A stretch of 63,147 bases of DNA, filler included, from Basidioascus undulatus (lineage: Eukaryota), in assembly GCA_000826855.1 (NCBI GenBank). It is 7 parts of 7 records of this genome, joined end to end, with 100 filler letters (N's around TTAATTAATTAA, not from the genome) between each part and the next. Parts side by side here need not be neighbours in the genome. Positions count along the whole stretch, not along the records: positions 1 to 8,937 come from JTLS01001316.1; positions 9,038 to 17,995 come from JTLS01001317.1; 5 more parts are not named here. The stretch is one strand, 5' to 3'. This document shows, piece after piece, positions 1-11,482 of the stretch (position 1 is the stretch's first letter; each line of letters begins with the position of its first letter). The translations under genes and the position numbers were made by a program. The notes below the pieces were generated by a model, which searched no databases, was not told the DNA's origin, and saw nothing but the letters and a program-made list of their open reading frames with translations.

Positions 1-553
1 CGGCTCTAGCGTGGTGTACATGTCGGCGCCGCGCAACAGTCGGTGTTGTCTAGAGTGGAGATTGTCGAGCGCGCAGGCCTCGGCGTGAGTGTTGCCGGGA
101 ATCTGGCGCGAGTAGCCGGTCGAGAGGATCTGGTCCTCAACCCAAGGGAGCGGGGAGGGAAGAACGAACACGCAGCCGACGAAGAACGCCGTCTGGGTAG
201 GGATGTAGCGTTGCGCTTGCTAAAGAGCGAGTCGTATGTAGTAGGTCTGCTGCGTTGGCGCGGGAAGCGGCCAGTCGTGCGGCGAGCCGTACATCCAGAT
301 GTTGGCTTCGCTGATCTCGTCGCTGCTGATCTCTGTGTCTGGTATGAGCCGAACATAAGGGAGTATGGACTATATGCAAGACAAATGCACCTTGCGTGAG
401 CGTGTTCATGAACTGCAAGCTTCTCCGGCCCTTCGGCATCGTCGCGATACGCCCGGACCACGTCCCGCACTCGAGCCCGCTTTGTCTCAAGTTGATCAGG
501 CTCAACAGAGCCAACGTGATCCATTGATAGATGACAGGACTTCGAAGGTCCAT
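1..553 (-). pseudogene. RIB2-type (DRAP) cytidine-deaminase-fold gene with in-frame stop; runs off the window start
   Basis: Manual splice (GT..CAG intron ~340-390) gives ...FMNTLTQ|DTEISSDEISEANIWMYGSPHDWPLPAPTQQTYYIRLAL*QAQRYIPTQTAFFVGCVFV...ILSTGYSRQIPGNTHAEACAL...GADMYTTLEP. This has the HAE zinc motif and the start of (E)PCxxC. TAG at 220-222. Confidence 0.75.
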
Positions 554-789
554 CAGAAAAGCGCCTGGTTAGCGATAGGTCAAAGTGCGAGAGCTGGAGG
601 TGTTGATGGTTAGAAGCCGAGCCTGCTCGAACATGGAGTCTGGTGTCGTTCTCGACCGGTTGGGCGGGTTTGACTGCCCTTTCAGAACACATTTATTTAC
701 CTATCGCAATAGGTTGGGGGAGGGGGGGGGATATCCTAGGTGCAGGAACCAAAAATAAAAAGGAAAGGCTGAATGACTTGGTGCGGAAC

Positions 790-794
790 AAAAA
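790..794 (-). terminator. Pol III terminator (T5) of the tRNA-Thr gene
   Basis: TTTTT on the minus strand, 3 nt after the discriminator base. Confidence 0.8.
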
Positions 795-797
795 GTA

Positions 798-869
798 TTC
801 CTCCTAGCCGACTTGAACGACTGACCTCGTCATTACTAGTGACGCGCTCTACCACTGAGCTAAGGAGGA
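798..869 (-). tRNA. tRNA-Thr(AGT), intronless
   Basis: Reverse complement folds as a cloverleaf: TCCTCCT-TA-GCTC-AGTGGTA-GAGC-G-CGTCA-CT(AGT)AA-TGACG-AGGTC-AGTCG-TTCAAGT-CGGCT-AGGAGGA-A. A and B boxes are intact. Confidence 0.95.
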
Positions 870-2596
870 CTTGACCTAACATTGAAATGTAGACTTAAAT
901 TTAGAGAAAAGGGTTGAGTCCTGTTTGCACGGTAGGGGTAGATTTCAAGGCCTCACTATGAACAGGTGAATATCTGGAGAGATATAGGGAGGTGCTTGTA
1001 GGGAACAGTGCGGCAGCCGCCAGACCGCCGTCTGCCGCCGCATGTCTGCGCAACCTGCCGGTGGCTGACGCTGCGCCGACTGCAACCGCTGCGACGGCGC
1101 CACCATACCTGCAACAAGCTTGGAAGAACTTGCCACGCAGAAGTCAGGAAGCTATGGGGAGCCCCACCAATCGTTCGCGCCGGCTCACTTTCAGTTGAGA
1201 ACCTGACTGTTTCGAGGGTTGGGCATACATTCCCTTCAGCCTGAACCCCCTTCTTTCATGCCGTTAGATACTGACGCACAATGTCTGGACCCGGTAATAC
1301 CTAGATATACGTTTGAGGTTCGAGGAGATTGGGTCCCGACAACCAAGGCCTCCGGTCCCTCTTACTCTGGCCGGATGGCTCTGCGGCATGCGCAGGAGCT
1401 CGCCGCCAATTCCTCCGAGAGAGTCTGCGTCCCAGCTTCAGTGCGCAAGGCTGTACGACCGGTCAGTACTACTTGGTACAACCGGAACGTCTAGTGGGCC
1501 TCCTGCACTCGCGGCCGCTGGTGCGTTCGACTAATCTTCAGGGCGACGGTAAGCTGCACCGGCATGCATGTCCGCCTCCTGCTCTACCGAACCAGCGCCC
1601 TCGTGCCATTTGCGTGCTCCAAATGTTTGAACAACTAACATTTCTTTTCATCAAAGTAAAGGGGAGGGGCGGTGCAAGCCAGCGGAAGCAATTGTGAACG
1701 CTGAAAGGCCGATCGCTACGCGGAACGAACTCGTCGACCGGCCTGCGCACAGCTTCGCTTTCTACCGCCATCATCCCCCCTCTCCCCCGAAAGCGAAAAC
1801 ACCCCACCCCATCCTGAGAGCGGACTCGGGAAAAGAGGCCATTAGAGGCGGCTCCTGCACGCGGTCAGGAGCGCAGACGGCACAGCAATCCCTTCTGACT
1901 CCCTGTCTCCGCATCAGGGGGATCATGGGTAGCCGCTCGCTCCCTTACGCAGCCGCCGCAGTCAATTCTGAGCCGCGGCCAGCCGGAGCGGGCGTCGTTC
2001 TGCATGCTTAGGGTGCCTCGAACGATCCGCGCTGCCTGAGCGACTGCTTGTACCCGATCTTTGTTCCGAGTGCGCCCCGATGGATGTGTGAACGGCACCC
2101 ATCCAGCTGTCTCCTCGCTGCAGCAGAGGCATCACAAAGGTAAAAGTCTGGCTTGGGCCCAGAAACTACCCTAAGACTCGACCTGGTTTATACTCAGCGT
2201 AACTGGCGGTTCCGCTCGGCTCTGGAAGTGGGACGGAGGCCTGATACTGGCAGCCGACCCTGCCGCTCGCTTCAATGCCTCGGAGACGTGAGGGACATGA
2301 GGGTGGCTGCGGGGGCCGACTTCATTTGGCCGTGTTTAAGAAAAGAAAGAGTCTACAGGGTGTCCCCCCCGGCGGTGCAGTTCTAGGGACAAGCAACCCG
2401 CCCCGAGGGTGCTGTCGCGCTTCGGTGGAACCACGATCCTCACTGCTGAGCTGGACGGTGTGCTGCAACGCAGTATGTCGCGCAGGAACTGCACCGGATC
2501 TTGAAGGTCCCAAAAAGGGAAACATAAAGGATTGCGTTAAATATTCGTCCATTGGCTAGTTCGAAGCGTGGTCCTCAACAGTGTCGTGTGCCTTCC

Positions 2597-4015
2597 TTAC
2601 TCCCACACGTCCTTCTCAGCCCAGAGCGCCTCACAGATCGCGTAGTCATGTCCCGGGATCCTTTGAAAATTCCCTCACAATTAAAAAGGACATGAGGTCT
2701 TCAGACAGAATTACTACGTACACAAGGCAGTCGCTGGTCATTTTGATGGGGTGCACCTTCTGGACCACGCACTGTGATCCCCAGCGAGGCTGAAGACGAA
2801 GTTCAATCAGCGCGAAATACCGGGCCCAAATTTCCGGTCACAACTTCCCACACACCAACCTTGCGACTGGCTCTCCTGCACAGAGAAAAGATGGCAGTCA
2901 GTCGATGATTTCCAGTGGCCACCGGGCAGCAGCCTGCTCCAAAATCTTACCATGTTCTCCTTCATGTGGTACTGGTAAGACATCAGTACAATTTTCAGTG
3001 ACTTACGTGACCAGTTGAGTGGTGGATGGTGATACCCGGGGCGATGTGGAGCCCGGGCTCCGAGAAAGTCTTCCAGCTGAGGAAATGGGCGAAACGCGCG
3101 GTTAGCGTGAGAGAGCGAGCGCACTGCAAGACAGAATTGCCTTGTGCTCGAACTTCATGTAGTGGGGAAGGTAGACGCCCCGGTGGCCACTGTCATCGAG
3201 AGTGTGTGAGAAGGCGGGCGACAGTAGGAAAAATAAGACACGCACAAGCGTAGAATCCGTGCTTGAGCTCCTCCTCGTGAACCCAGATGGGCTGGCGCTC
3301 CCAGGAAGAAAGATAGCTTGAGTAGGATTCCTTCCGAATATGCAATCCGCGAGAACTCACTTGAAGTACTCGAGGCCGCCGACGTGGTCATTGCGAGGCA
3401 GGTGTCAGTCTGGCAGATTCGCTCCCGGCGCAGTCCTGTCTTTCACACGCACAGGTGAAGGTGGCCAATGATGACCATCTTGATGGCGTCGATGCTGTTA
3501 CCACTAGCCGCGATAGCCTTTCCCAAGATCACACGGCCCGTCAGCGTCGGGCCTTCATGCGCAAGCGTCTCCAACACGCACCGCATCGAGCTCGTGCTTC
3601 TTGTCGTATTTCACTGGTAGGCATTCCTGGGTGAGTATATCAAGACGCCACATATATGTCTGACCGAATTTTACCGCGGGCGAAGATGTCATTGACCTGG
3701 GCTACCCAGACTGTAATTCAATGTCAGAACTACGATGAGACACAGGAGCACGGGAATGGAAGTTGACACTGATCCTCGGGGTAGTCGTTGCCGGCGCCAG
3801 TCTCTAGAGCACCAACCCGCTGGTGGCTGTTGCACCAGTCTTTCTAATCAAGCCCTTGATTTAAGCTGTGTGAACGCACGGATGTCTGGCAAATGGAAAC
3901 AGCGTCTCAGTCGGGGTTGCGACGAGCCCCATATGATCCCGTCTTACTCTCAGGACATAGTAAATCGCCAGAGGGCGACGCTCGCGCTTGGGGCCCTCGG
4001 GGTTGGAAATAGATT
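2597..4015 (-). pseudogene. Metallo-beta-lactamase-fold hydrolase (N-acyl homoserine lactonase AiiA/AttM-like fungal family), decayed
   Basis: Exon remnants in family order: SNPEGPKRERRPLAIY; ETGAGNDYPE; QVNDIFAR; YDKKHELDA|AIAASGNSIDAIKMVIIGHLHL|DHVGGLEYF (HxHxDH); PIWVHEEELKHGFYA; GVYLPHYMKF; WKTFSEPGLHIAPGITIHHSTGH; YHMKENM|ESQSQGW|LAGDHSAW; IPGHDY...WE*. Lesions include an AG>AA acceptor at 3391-3392, frameshifts and missing exon(s). Confidence 0.85.
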
Positions 4016-4829
4016 GTCAAGTACGTGAGTTTAACTTCTCATGTGAGTAGCCGGGAGACTGACTGCGTGGAACATAGCTAGGGGACAGCATGGGTTTTGC
4101 GTTTTTTAACCTGACTGTGAGGCGAGCATAGGAACAAACGGGTATGGCACGTTTTACACGTTTTACTTCATGCATACCAAGAAGTAACCCAGAAAAATAC
4201 CTGACTGATTCTCTTTGCCAGTGCCAACAAGTTAGTTCAACGCTGCCGAAAGAAGGCTCCATGACTCGTTCCGCGTCTGGCCGGGATCAAGGTCGCCGGT
4301 AGACTTCAGTCAGAGCGATTGAGGCGCTGTAGAAGCTTATTTTTATGCAATTATGACGGTCGGAGATTGTCGGTGCAGTGCAACGGTAGTGTCAAGTAGT
4401 CTCACATTCCGTGAGTTGGCCGTGGCTGTCCTGGTCGGAGGCGTCCTGGTCGGAGGCAGGCTAGCTATGTTCAGAAGCACTCTTCCTGGAAACGTTCCAT
4501 CGCCTGTATAATCTGCTTATTTTTCTTTCGATTTCATACACAGGTTCGACGTCTGAGGAGGATGCCGATCCTGTAAAGATTGTTACTGAACAAGCTCGAC
4601 GTCCATAGGTCGGATTCACAGCTGCTCCTCGTTGATTTTTGTGTTCAGTTGACTAGCACCGCGAAAACACTCCGGACGGCTGTCCTTCCCTCTCTCATAG
4701 TCCGGCACCGTCGACCAGGACGGCGAGTAAAAACTTGTGACGCACCTTCCATCAAATATGAAACTTGCCTATTCACCGTGTTCTTGATCATCAGCCCGTT
4801 CCAACGCTTCCCGTCGAACTCCGGTCGGA

Positions 4830-5300
4830 AATCCTCTCGTACACACCTGAAGCCAACTACTACAACCCATTATTCCTCGTAAAGCTTGGGTAGGGTCTGG
4901 CGCACTCTCGCCAACCCATACATCTTCCAACTCGTCCATCTCCAGACCCACTACGCACACCGCACCTTCGCCGACCTCCTCACGCGTCGCCCAGAGCGCG
5001 GGCGCTACATCATCGAGCTGCGAGTTGGCTCGAATCTACCGCGCGTGCCCGCTCGTGCCCATCATCGAGTTCATTGGGTTGTGGCGTAGCATGCACGACG
5101 CCTACCGCTACCGCGAGTGGGCCGACGCGACGGGTACGCGCAGCCCAAGACCGCGCGTGGGCTCTGGTGGTTCGACCCGATACTGCAGTCTGTGTTCGAG
5201 CAGTGGAAGGAGGTCGAGGTTGCTCAAGTGCTCGAGTGGCACGATCAAGCAGGCTAATGGGAGTGGGCATGGTTGTTCGCACCGAGTGTCCGGAACCTAA
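4830..5300 (+). pseudogene. Possible degenerate F-box-like gene fragment
   Basis: SS*SLGRVWRTLANPYIFQLVHLQTHYAHRTFADLLTRRPERGRYIIEL resembles the segment that follows fungal F-box-like domains. No intact start, and the frame is broken. Confidence 0.3.
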
Positions 5301-5515
5301 CGCTCATCGAGAGTCCCCCGAACGTTTACAGGCCCCCAAGTATGACGAGGGGGCTCTTAAACGGATTATACGAGGTTGGAAGGGGCTGGCAAAGTGCTTT
5401 CGTGAGGGATCGTCGTCATTCTTTCCGAGAGCGAGAGCACGTGCTGTTGACCGACTTTCTACATTCGGAAGCACCTGCCTCATCTCTCCCTCTCCTCTAT
5501 GCTCCCCACAGTCAT

Positions 5516-7115
5516 ATGTCCTTGTTCCGATCCCAGCTAATCTGCAAAGCACATCCGCCCATTGAGCTCCCGCTGTTGGCAATCGGGACATGGAGCTGGG
5601 GCGACGTTGGCGGGACGTGGGGCGGCGCGGGCACGACCAAGGAGAAGGCGGCGCTCAAGGAGGCGTGGGAGGAGATAGTGAGGGGGGGCGATAAGGTGTT
5701 TTTGGATACAGCTGAGATGTGAGTTCCTCAGTACTTGATTCCCGGGTTTGCATGGAAGCTGAAAAAGGAAAGAGGGTAGATATTCGAAAGGAGCCAGTGA
5801 GCGGATTATCGGCGAGCTCAGGCGCAATGCTCCGAAGGAGGTCCAAGATCGGCTTGTTATTGCTACGAAAGTGAGTCTAAGAACGTTTGAATGGCGCGTG
5901 TCTGGCTTTGAACGGCCCGCACAGTGGAGCCCACTCCCGACGCCGTCTCGCCTAATGCTGCCTTCCGGCATGGTGTCAGCGTTGCGGGCGTCTCTCGAGC
6001 GTCTTGGTGTAGAGCAGGTCGACCTTTATCAGGTTCGTCATCTGATTCATACATATCATGGAACCCTCATTGTGATTTCTATCACGCAGGTGCATGGCCC
6101 AATCCACTTGTTCAGCTTCCGAGCTGTTGGCGCGGCGCTCGCACAGTGTGTGAAGCTCGGGTTGACGAAGGTGCGTCGCTGTGCTTTGAACAGATTCCTT
6201 CTGTTATTAACTGATCCGTCTTACAGGCCGTCGGCGTCTCGAACTACAGCAAAGATGAGATGATCAAGATGCACGACAGTGCGTCTTCCCCCCCACCTCA
6301 CCAGCCCTACAATCCGCTTACTGTCAATCCATGTGCTCGCCCACAGTTCTTGCCTCCCACGGAATCCCACTGGCTTCGAACCAGATCGAGCTTAGCCTGC
6401 TACGCCGGTGCATCCAGGGATTCCGGAGTCACGCCGGTCGTCGCCTGCTGACTTCCGCTATTGATAGACTCCCCGAACTCTCCGGCCTCCTCGCCGCGGC
6501 TCACGAGCGGGGAATCGTCCCGCTCGCATACTCGCCTCTGGCGATGGGTCGGCTCGGTGGGCGGTACAGCGCCGCGAACCCCCCCCCGACTGGGCGAAAG
6601 TGAGGACTGGCCTCCTTCTCCCCTATCCTCCGTATTAACCGTCGCGCTGGTATTGACTTCCTTCTGGACTCCGTCGCAGGTTCTCGAACATCCCGATGGG
6701 GCAGGCCGAGCCGCTGCTGGATGTCATGCGGGAGATCGCTGAGCGCCGGAACGTGGCGGTGTCCGCTGTTGCGCTGAACTACTGCATTTCGAAGGGTATA
6801 CAAGCTCCCACTAACTGAACCTTGTACAGCACTAATAGAATACCTGGGTGTTTTCTTTAGGCGCCATCCCGCTGGGCGGTGCGCGCAACGCAGACCAAGT
6901 GAAGAAGGTGCGTCCCAAATACCCACCTCCACAACCTCGCACCCTACACGCTCCTTCGTTGGGACAACACTGCTGACCCCCAATGCCTGTCAAATGTCAA
7001 TGTGTTCCCGCAGAACGCCCAGGCAGTGGGCTGGTCGCTGGACAAAGACGAGATTGCGCGACTCGAGGAGAAGAGTTTTACGGGCAAGACCAGCTGGTGG
7101 TGGCAGCATGGCTAG
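5516..7115 (+). CDS. Aldo-keto reductase (pyridoxal reductase-like fungal subfamily), ~10 exons
   Basis: IGTWSWGD, FLDTAEI|YSKGASE, LVIATK, SLERLGVEQVDLYQ|VHGP, VGVSNYS, ASNQIELSL, LAYSPLAMGRLGG, C-terminal WWWQHG*. The catalytic D/Y/K/H tetrad is present and introns have recognisable splice signals. Confidence 0.93.
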
Positions 7116-7557
7116 CTGTCTGCCTGTACGCAGGAGAGCATGATTACATGTTTTATTACATATTGCGCTGCACTTGCTCTGCGCCTCCAGGAGTGCAGCT
7201 CTGTGCAATGCCGAGTGACAGTGTCAGCACGAAGCACAAGACGCTCTGATTATTTCTACCTTTTGATGCTGGTTCTGTCCTGCATCGCGCGTGTTCGGAA
7301 TCTGCATTAATGTGCTGGAAAGGGATCAGCTCACAGCCTTCTCTCGAAGAAGACGGCGGTTTCGATCGAACACGCAGGGCACGGTAGCAAGGCACGGCAG
7401 CAATGTCGGACCCTATCCCGTTCACGCCACCCCCTTTCGACCGCTCTCCTGGCGCATGACCATCCCGAGCACACTACAGCAGCGCAATAACTGACGCATG
7501 TTCATCTAGTTCATCTAGTCACCCCTCTATAAAGCCCTCACCAGCCCCACCCGCCCT

Positions 7558-8838
7558 CTACTCCTTCACCGCGACCCAAAACGCCGCGTCATACACATAC
7601 TTGAGCATCGACTCCGGGTTGCCCGTATACGTCGCCTGCACCGTCTTTTCCTCCTGCTCCGCGCCAACACCCAACCGCAATCCGATCAGTTCCCGCCCGT
7701 TCCGTGCAGCAAAAGGGGTTGTGATGGGTGGGGAGAAGGTGGAAGGATGGGGGAAGAGGAGGAGATGATGGGGGGGAGGGGAGGGAAAGACCCACCTCGA
7801 TCCGAAACCCCATTTCCTTGACGAGCGCCTTGAGCTCCTCGAGCGTGAGCTCGATGGAGGACTCGCCCTCGGTGTTGTTCTCCCAGTGCCAGAGGAGGGG
7901 TCCTGCACGGCGGGAGGGCGAATAAGTAAGAACGCGGCGAAAATTGAAGAAGGAAGGAGGGAGGAGAGGGTAAGGAGAGAGGGTGGAGAGGAGAAGAAGG
8001 GAGGGGGGAGAAGGAGGGAGGGGAAGGAGGAAAGAGCGGGGGACGCACCGAGGTTGATGAACAACCCGCCGGGCTTGAGGACGTGCTTGATCGTGCGGAG
8101 GTAGTCGACAATATTCTTCGCCTACGCCCCGCTCCCTCTCATCAGGAAACTTCCCCCCTCCTCACCCCCCTCCCCACTCACCGTATCCAACCAAAAACAA
8201 CAAACAACCGCGTCCCACTCCCCGCCCTCCTCCTCCCCCCCATAAACCTCCAGGAACTCCCCCGCGACCAGACTAAAGTCCGTCGGGCGCTCCGCGCCCG
8301 GCCCGAGGTACGCAGCGGGGAGGACGTCGGGGACGGTGATTGCCTTGAGCTGCGAGGACCGCGCGGAGGGGTGGTTGGAGGCGGAGTGCAGGTAGGGGAA
8401 GAGGGTGTGGGCGTTGGGGGAGTCGGTACTGCGGTGGGTGGTAATTTTGTAAGCTCAATGCTGAGCGCATGTAAGGTGATGCGACGGACCGGTTTAGGAC
8501 GAAGAATGAGGAGAGGAGCATGAAATATGAGAACTCGTTGCCTTCTCCCTCCCTCATCAGCCTCCTTTTCCCCCTCTCCTCTCGCCCGCACGAAAAACGC
8601 ACCCTGCGCCGCATACCCCCTCCGCGCCACCTCGAATGCGAGCCTGCCCAGGCCGGCGCCGGGGAGGAGAATCTTGGTCTGCAGCCTGTGAAACACGCTT
8701 TTTGGGTTAGTAAAGAGAGAGGGGGAGGTGAGAGAGGGGGAGACGGAAGACCCACTTCTCCTCGTCCGAGCGCGAGCCGAACCGCTCGTCCACTGCGCGG
8801 AGGAGCGGGCCGTAGGAGGACTCGCGCTCGGGGGCGCC
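7558..8838 (-). CDS. CARNMT1: Carnosine N-methyltransferase (N2227-like), 5'-partial at contig end
   Basis: GAPERESSYGPLL, KILLPGAGLGRLAFEVARRGYAAQ|GNEFSYFMLLSSFFVLN, SLVAGEFLEVY, WDAVVCCFWLDT, PGGLFINLG, YTGNPESMLKYVYDAAFWVA. Confidence 0.92.
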
Positions 8839-8937
8839 CTTATTCCATCCGAGATCGGCATCAGCCATCTCAACAGAAAGAAAGACACATCTCGAAAGAA
8901 AAACGGAAAAGGCAGGGGGCATAGAAGAAAACAGAAC

Positions 8938-9037
8938 NNNNNNNNNNNNNNNNNNNNNNNNNNNNNNNNNNNNNNNNNNNNTTAATTAATTAANNNNNNN
9001 NNNNNNNNNNNNNNNNNNNNNNNNNNNNNNNNNNNNN
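8938..9037. other. Artificial contig spacer (44N-TTAATTAATTAA-44N)
   Basis: Identical 100-nt linker with stops in all six frames, present six times in the window. Confidence 0.98.
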
Positions 9038-9087
9038 GGCGGGGATGGGGAGCTGGGGGGGTGGGCTGGATGGGGAGGATGACGGAC

Positions 9088-9150
9088 CTGCTGAAGCTGC
9101 GCTTCGACCTGTGTGTTTGAGAATGTCGGGCGTTTTCGCGGTTTGAGCAT
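9088..9150 (-). CDS. SEC15: First exon of probable exocyst subunit Sec15 (remainder lost at contig end)
   Basis: MLKPRKRPTFSNTQVEAQLQQ followed by a GTCCGT donor. It resembles basidiomycete Sec15 N-termini as I recall them (RRRPQF...IDQQLQQ), but only 21 codons are visible. Confidence 0.55.
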
Positions 9151-10575
9151 GGTGGATGCGTTGCTAAGGGGGTGAATCAGTCTCGGATGCGGTTCGTGTT
9201 CGACCGACACCGAGGACGCGATGGGCGCGCGGTGCCGGCCCGGGGCTGTCATGTCAGTGTCAGCCGTGACATCAACAGTAAGCAGCCCAGATCCCTTGCG
9301 TCGACTTTCGACCAAAGGTGCAAACCAGATAGGCAAGCAAGCGTTGAACATACGCAGCTGGAAACCTTTCAAGTGGAAGAATAATGTCTACAGTGTTGAT
9401 TCCGCACCATGCGCGACGATTCACGATGCCCTGTCGACCTCGCAGCGGCTGGCAGTCTGAGCCTGATGTCAACTAAGGACGACATTCGAAAACATCGCCA
9501 AATCTTCTATGAAATCCAGCTTCAACGGAGCCATCTCCGCCACAGCCTGAAGCACAGCTTGAGCCAGCACCAGGCCATTCCGGCCGCCACCATCACGATA
9601 ATGACGCCGCCCAGCCCACCGGGATTCGTTGCGCGTGCCAAAAATTCGTTCAAACTATTCATGCCCTCCTGTTGAGCAAGTTTACAGGCAAGGGGTTGAG
9701 GGAACTAGCGCACAGGAATCCGACGTTGAGTCTGAAGGGCGGGGGAGGGAGAGGCTTCGACCAAACGTGCGCGCCCCAGACTGCGAACGGGCCGGCGGTG
9801 AGGATGTTCAAGGTGTGATGCTGAAGCCTTCATGAGGTGCCTTCAATTTAGCGGGTGCAACTAAGTCCAGCGGGCCGGAAAGTAGGAGGGGACGCACTCG
9901 AGGCTGCTCGCAAGATAAACCGTCTGCATCTGCCCCGCCCCTTTGCGAGGTGATCCAATACGTGTGGGTCCCTCTGGTTCCCCATCCATGGCAGCCCAGA
10001 ATGGCTCAAACCACTGGTTCGTTTCAGCCGCGTGCAGCTCGATAGCCGAGCCTGCAGCGTGGAAGTGTCAGCGCAGTGCTAAACGGTCACTCATGAGACG
10101 CACCGTAGAAGCTACATGAGAGCTTGCATGCGCCGCCGTGTGCGAACCTTCTCACGAAACGGGTCAGCACGGCAGTTTGGGCGATAGTGTACACGGTACG
10201 GCAGCAACGCACAGTCCCTTTTCGGTCAGCATCCAGCAGTCCTCCGGCTCATACGAGAACTCATGAGCATGAACGAGCTCTGAGCGGATTCTGGGGTGGT
10301 GCACAGATAAAATGGTATCAGTTATTTCGACCAATACGGATAGTACACTCAGGCTGTTGAGCAGGAAGTCTGCCAGCGCACTTGTCTCCCTCGCCCGGCA
10401 CGCTGATCTGCAGGGCGATCTTCTCGACCGTGAGGGAAGGCCCAGAGCGAGAATCCTTACCCAAGGTAGGGTTCGTCGAGATGCTGAAGTTATGGGGCGC
10501 ATCGCTCTTGAAAGGTTCGGTTTGGAGCATCAGCCTCGTCACCTCGCACCGGGACAAGGCGGACGTACGAAGTCC

Positions 10576-10981
10576 TTATCCTGGTATAGCACCCGGGCGG
10601 TCAAAGCGCTCGGACGGCTTGCAGCCTGACCAGTGCTCTATCCGCGGCTCCTCGTAGTCCAGCGAGACGGAGACGCTGAACCCCTCGTTCCTCCACTGCA
10701 TGTTGCCGTACACGGTGACTTGCGAGCCTAGCTCATCCTCACAATTTAGCAACCCACATCTGATATCAGAAAGTATTGTTATTGCTAGGTAGAGCACTCG
10801 GCGCACCATTGAAAGGGAACCACAGCCCCGCCTCCCCCGCGTGGCCAGAGACTGACCAGCCCGTGTACCGCCCGGACGAGCTCGCGTGCCTGTGCTCGCG
10901 CCACTTGGCGTGCGCAGCGGCCGAGTACAGGGCCACGAACGGCGCTCCGGGCGTGAGTTGGCCGGTGAAGGAGATGGGCAT
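10576..10981 (-). pseudogene. Degenerate two-exon hypothetical gene fragment
   Basis: GC3-rich coding-like blocks either side of a GTGCGC..CTGAT..CAG intron (~10760-10806). Splicing gives an immediate stop or frameshift. Family not recognised. Confidence 0.25.
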
Positions 10982-11482
10982 GGAGGACAGGTCATTGCGA
11001 GGGAAGGTGCGCCTTTAGTCGAGTAATGCAGGTACGCGCGGACGTCGCCACAAAGCGGTACTTGCGGACGCGTTCGCCGTTTCCCACGAGGCCCTTAGCT
11101 GTACAACGACCTTTTTACAACAGCTTGGTGCGTCGCGGAGCTGACTCTTCAGTTGAGGAATACTCTTATTGGTTAGGCCTGCCTGATATTTCTTACCAAA
11201 GATCGGTGAACTCGGGCACGCTGTTCCAGTGATCTTCCTTCCCATCATTGCAGCTTCACCTGTCACGAACTCACCACTGTAAAAGCTGGCCATGATCATT
11301 TGGAGCCTCTTACATCCTTTGAACAAAACTGGTGGGAGGTAGACGTGTTCGGCACTGAGAATATTGCACACGCTGAACGGTAGTACTTGTCGTCTTCCGA
11401 TGTCCTTCCCCCTGGCAACCGCTTGATGCAGAACAAGATCAAATGCCCCAAAATACTAGAAACATCTAATACAAAGAGCTCA

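Noticed and set aside
220..222. A-to-I editing rescue of the premature TAG
   Set aside because: Editing would give Trp where a polar residue is expected, neighbouring residues are also degenerate, and such editing is established mainly in filamentous ascomycetes
990..1560. Cys/Ala-rich coding-like patches with splice-like signals
   Set aside because: No consistent frame or family could be reconstructed. It may be another relic but cannot be supported.
2597..8838. Lactonase, aldo-keto reductase and methyltransferase as a metabolic or detoxification cluster
   Set aside because: The lactonase is a pseudogene, CARNMT1 is a conserved housekeeping gene, and no backbone enzyme, transporter or regulator is on that contig
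8982..8993. TTAATTAATTAA recurring at ~9-kb intervals, like a regularly spaced repeat or array
   Set aside because: Synthetic six-frame stop linker. The periodicity reflects contigs of similar length.
7558..9150. Joining the 9088-9150 exon to CARNMT1 as its 5' end
   Set aside because: They are separated by a spacer between unrelated contigs, and the peptide looks like Sec15
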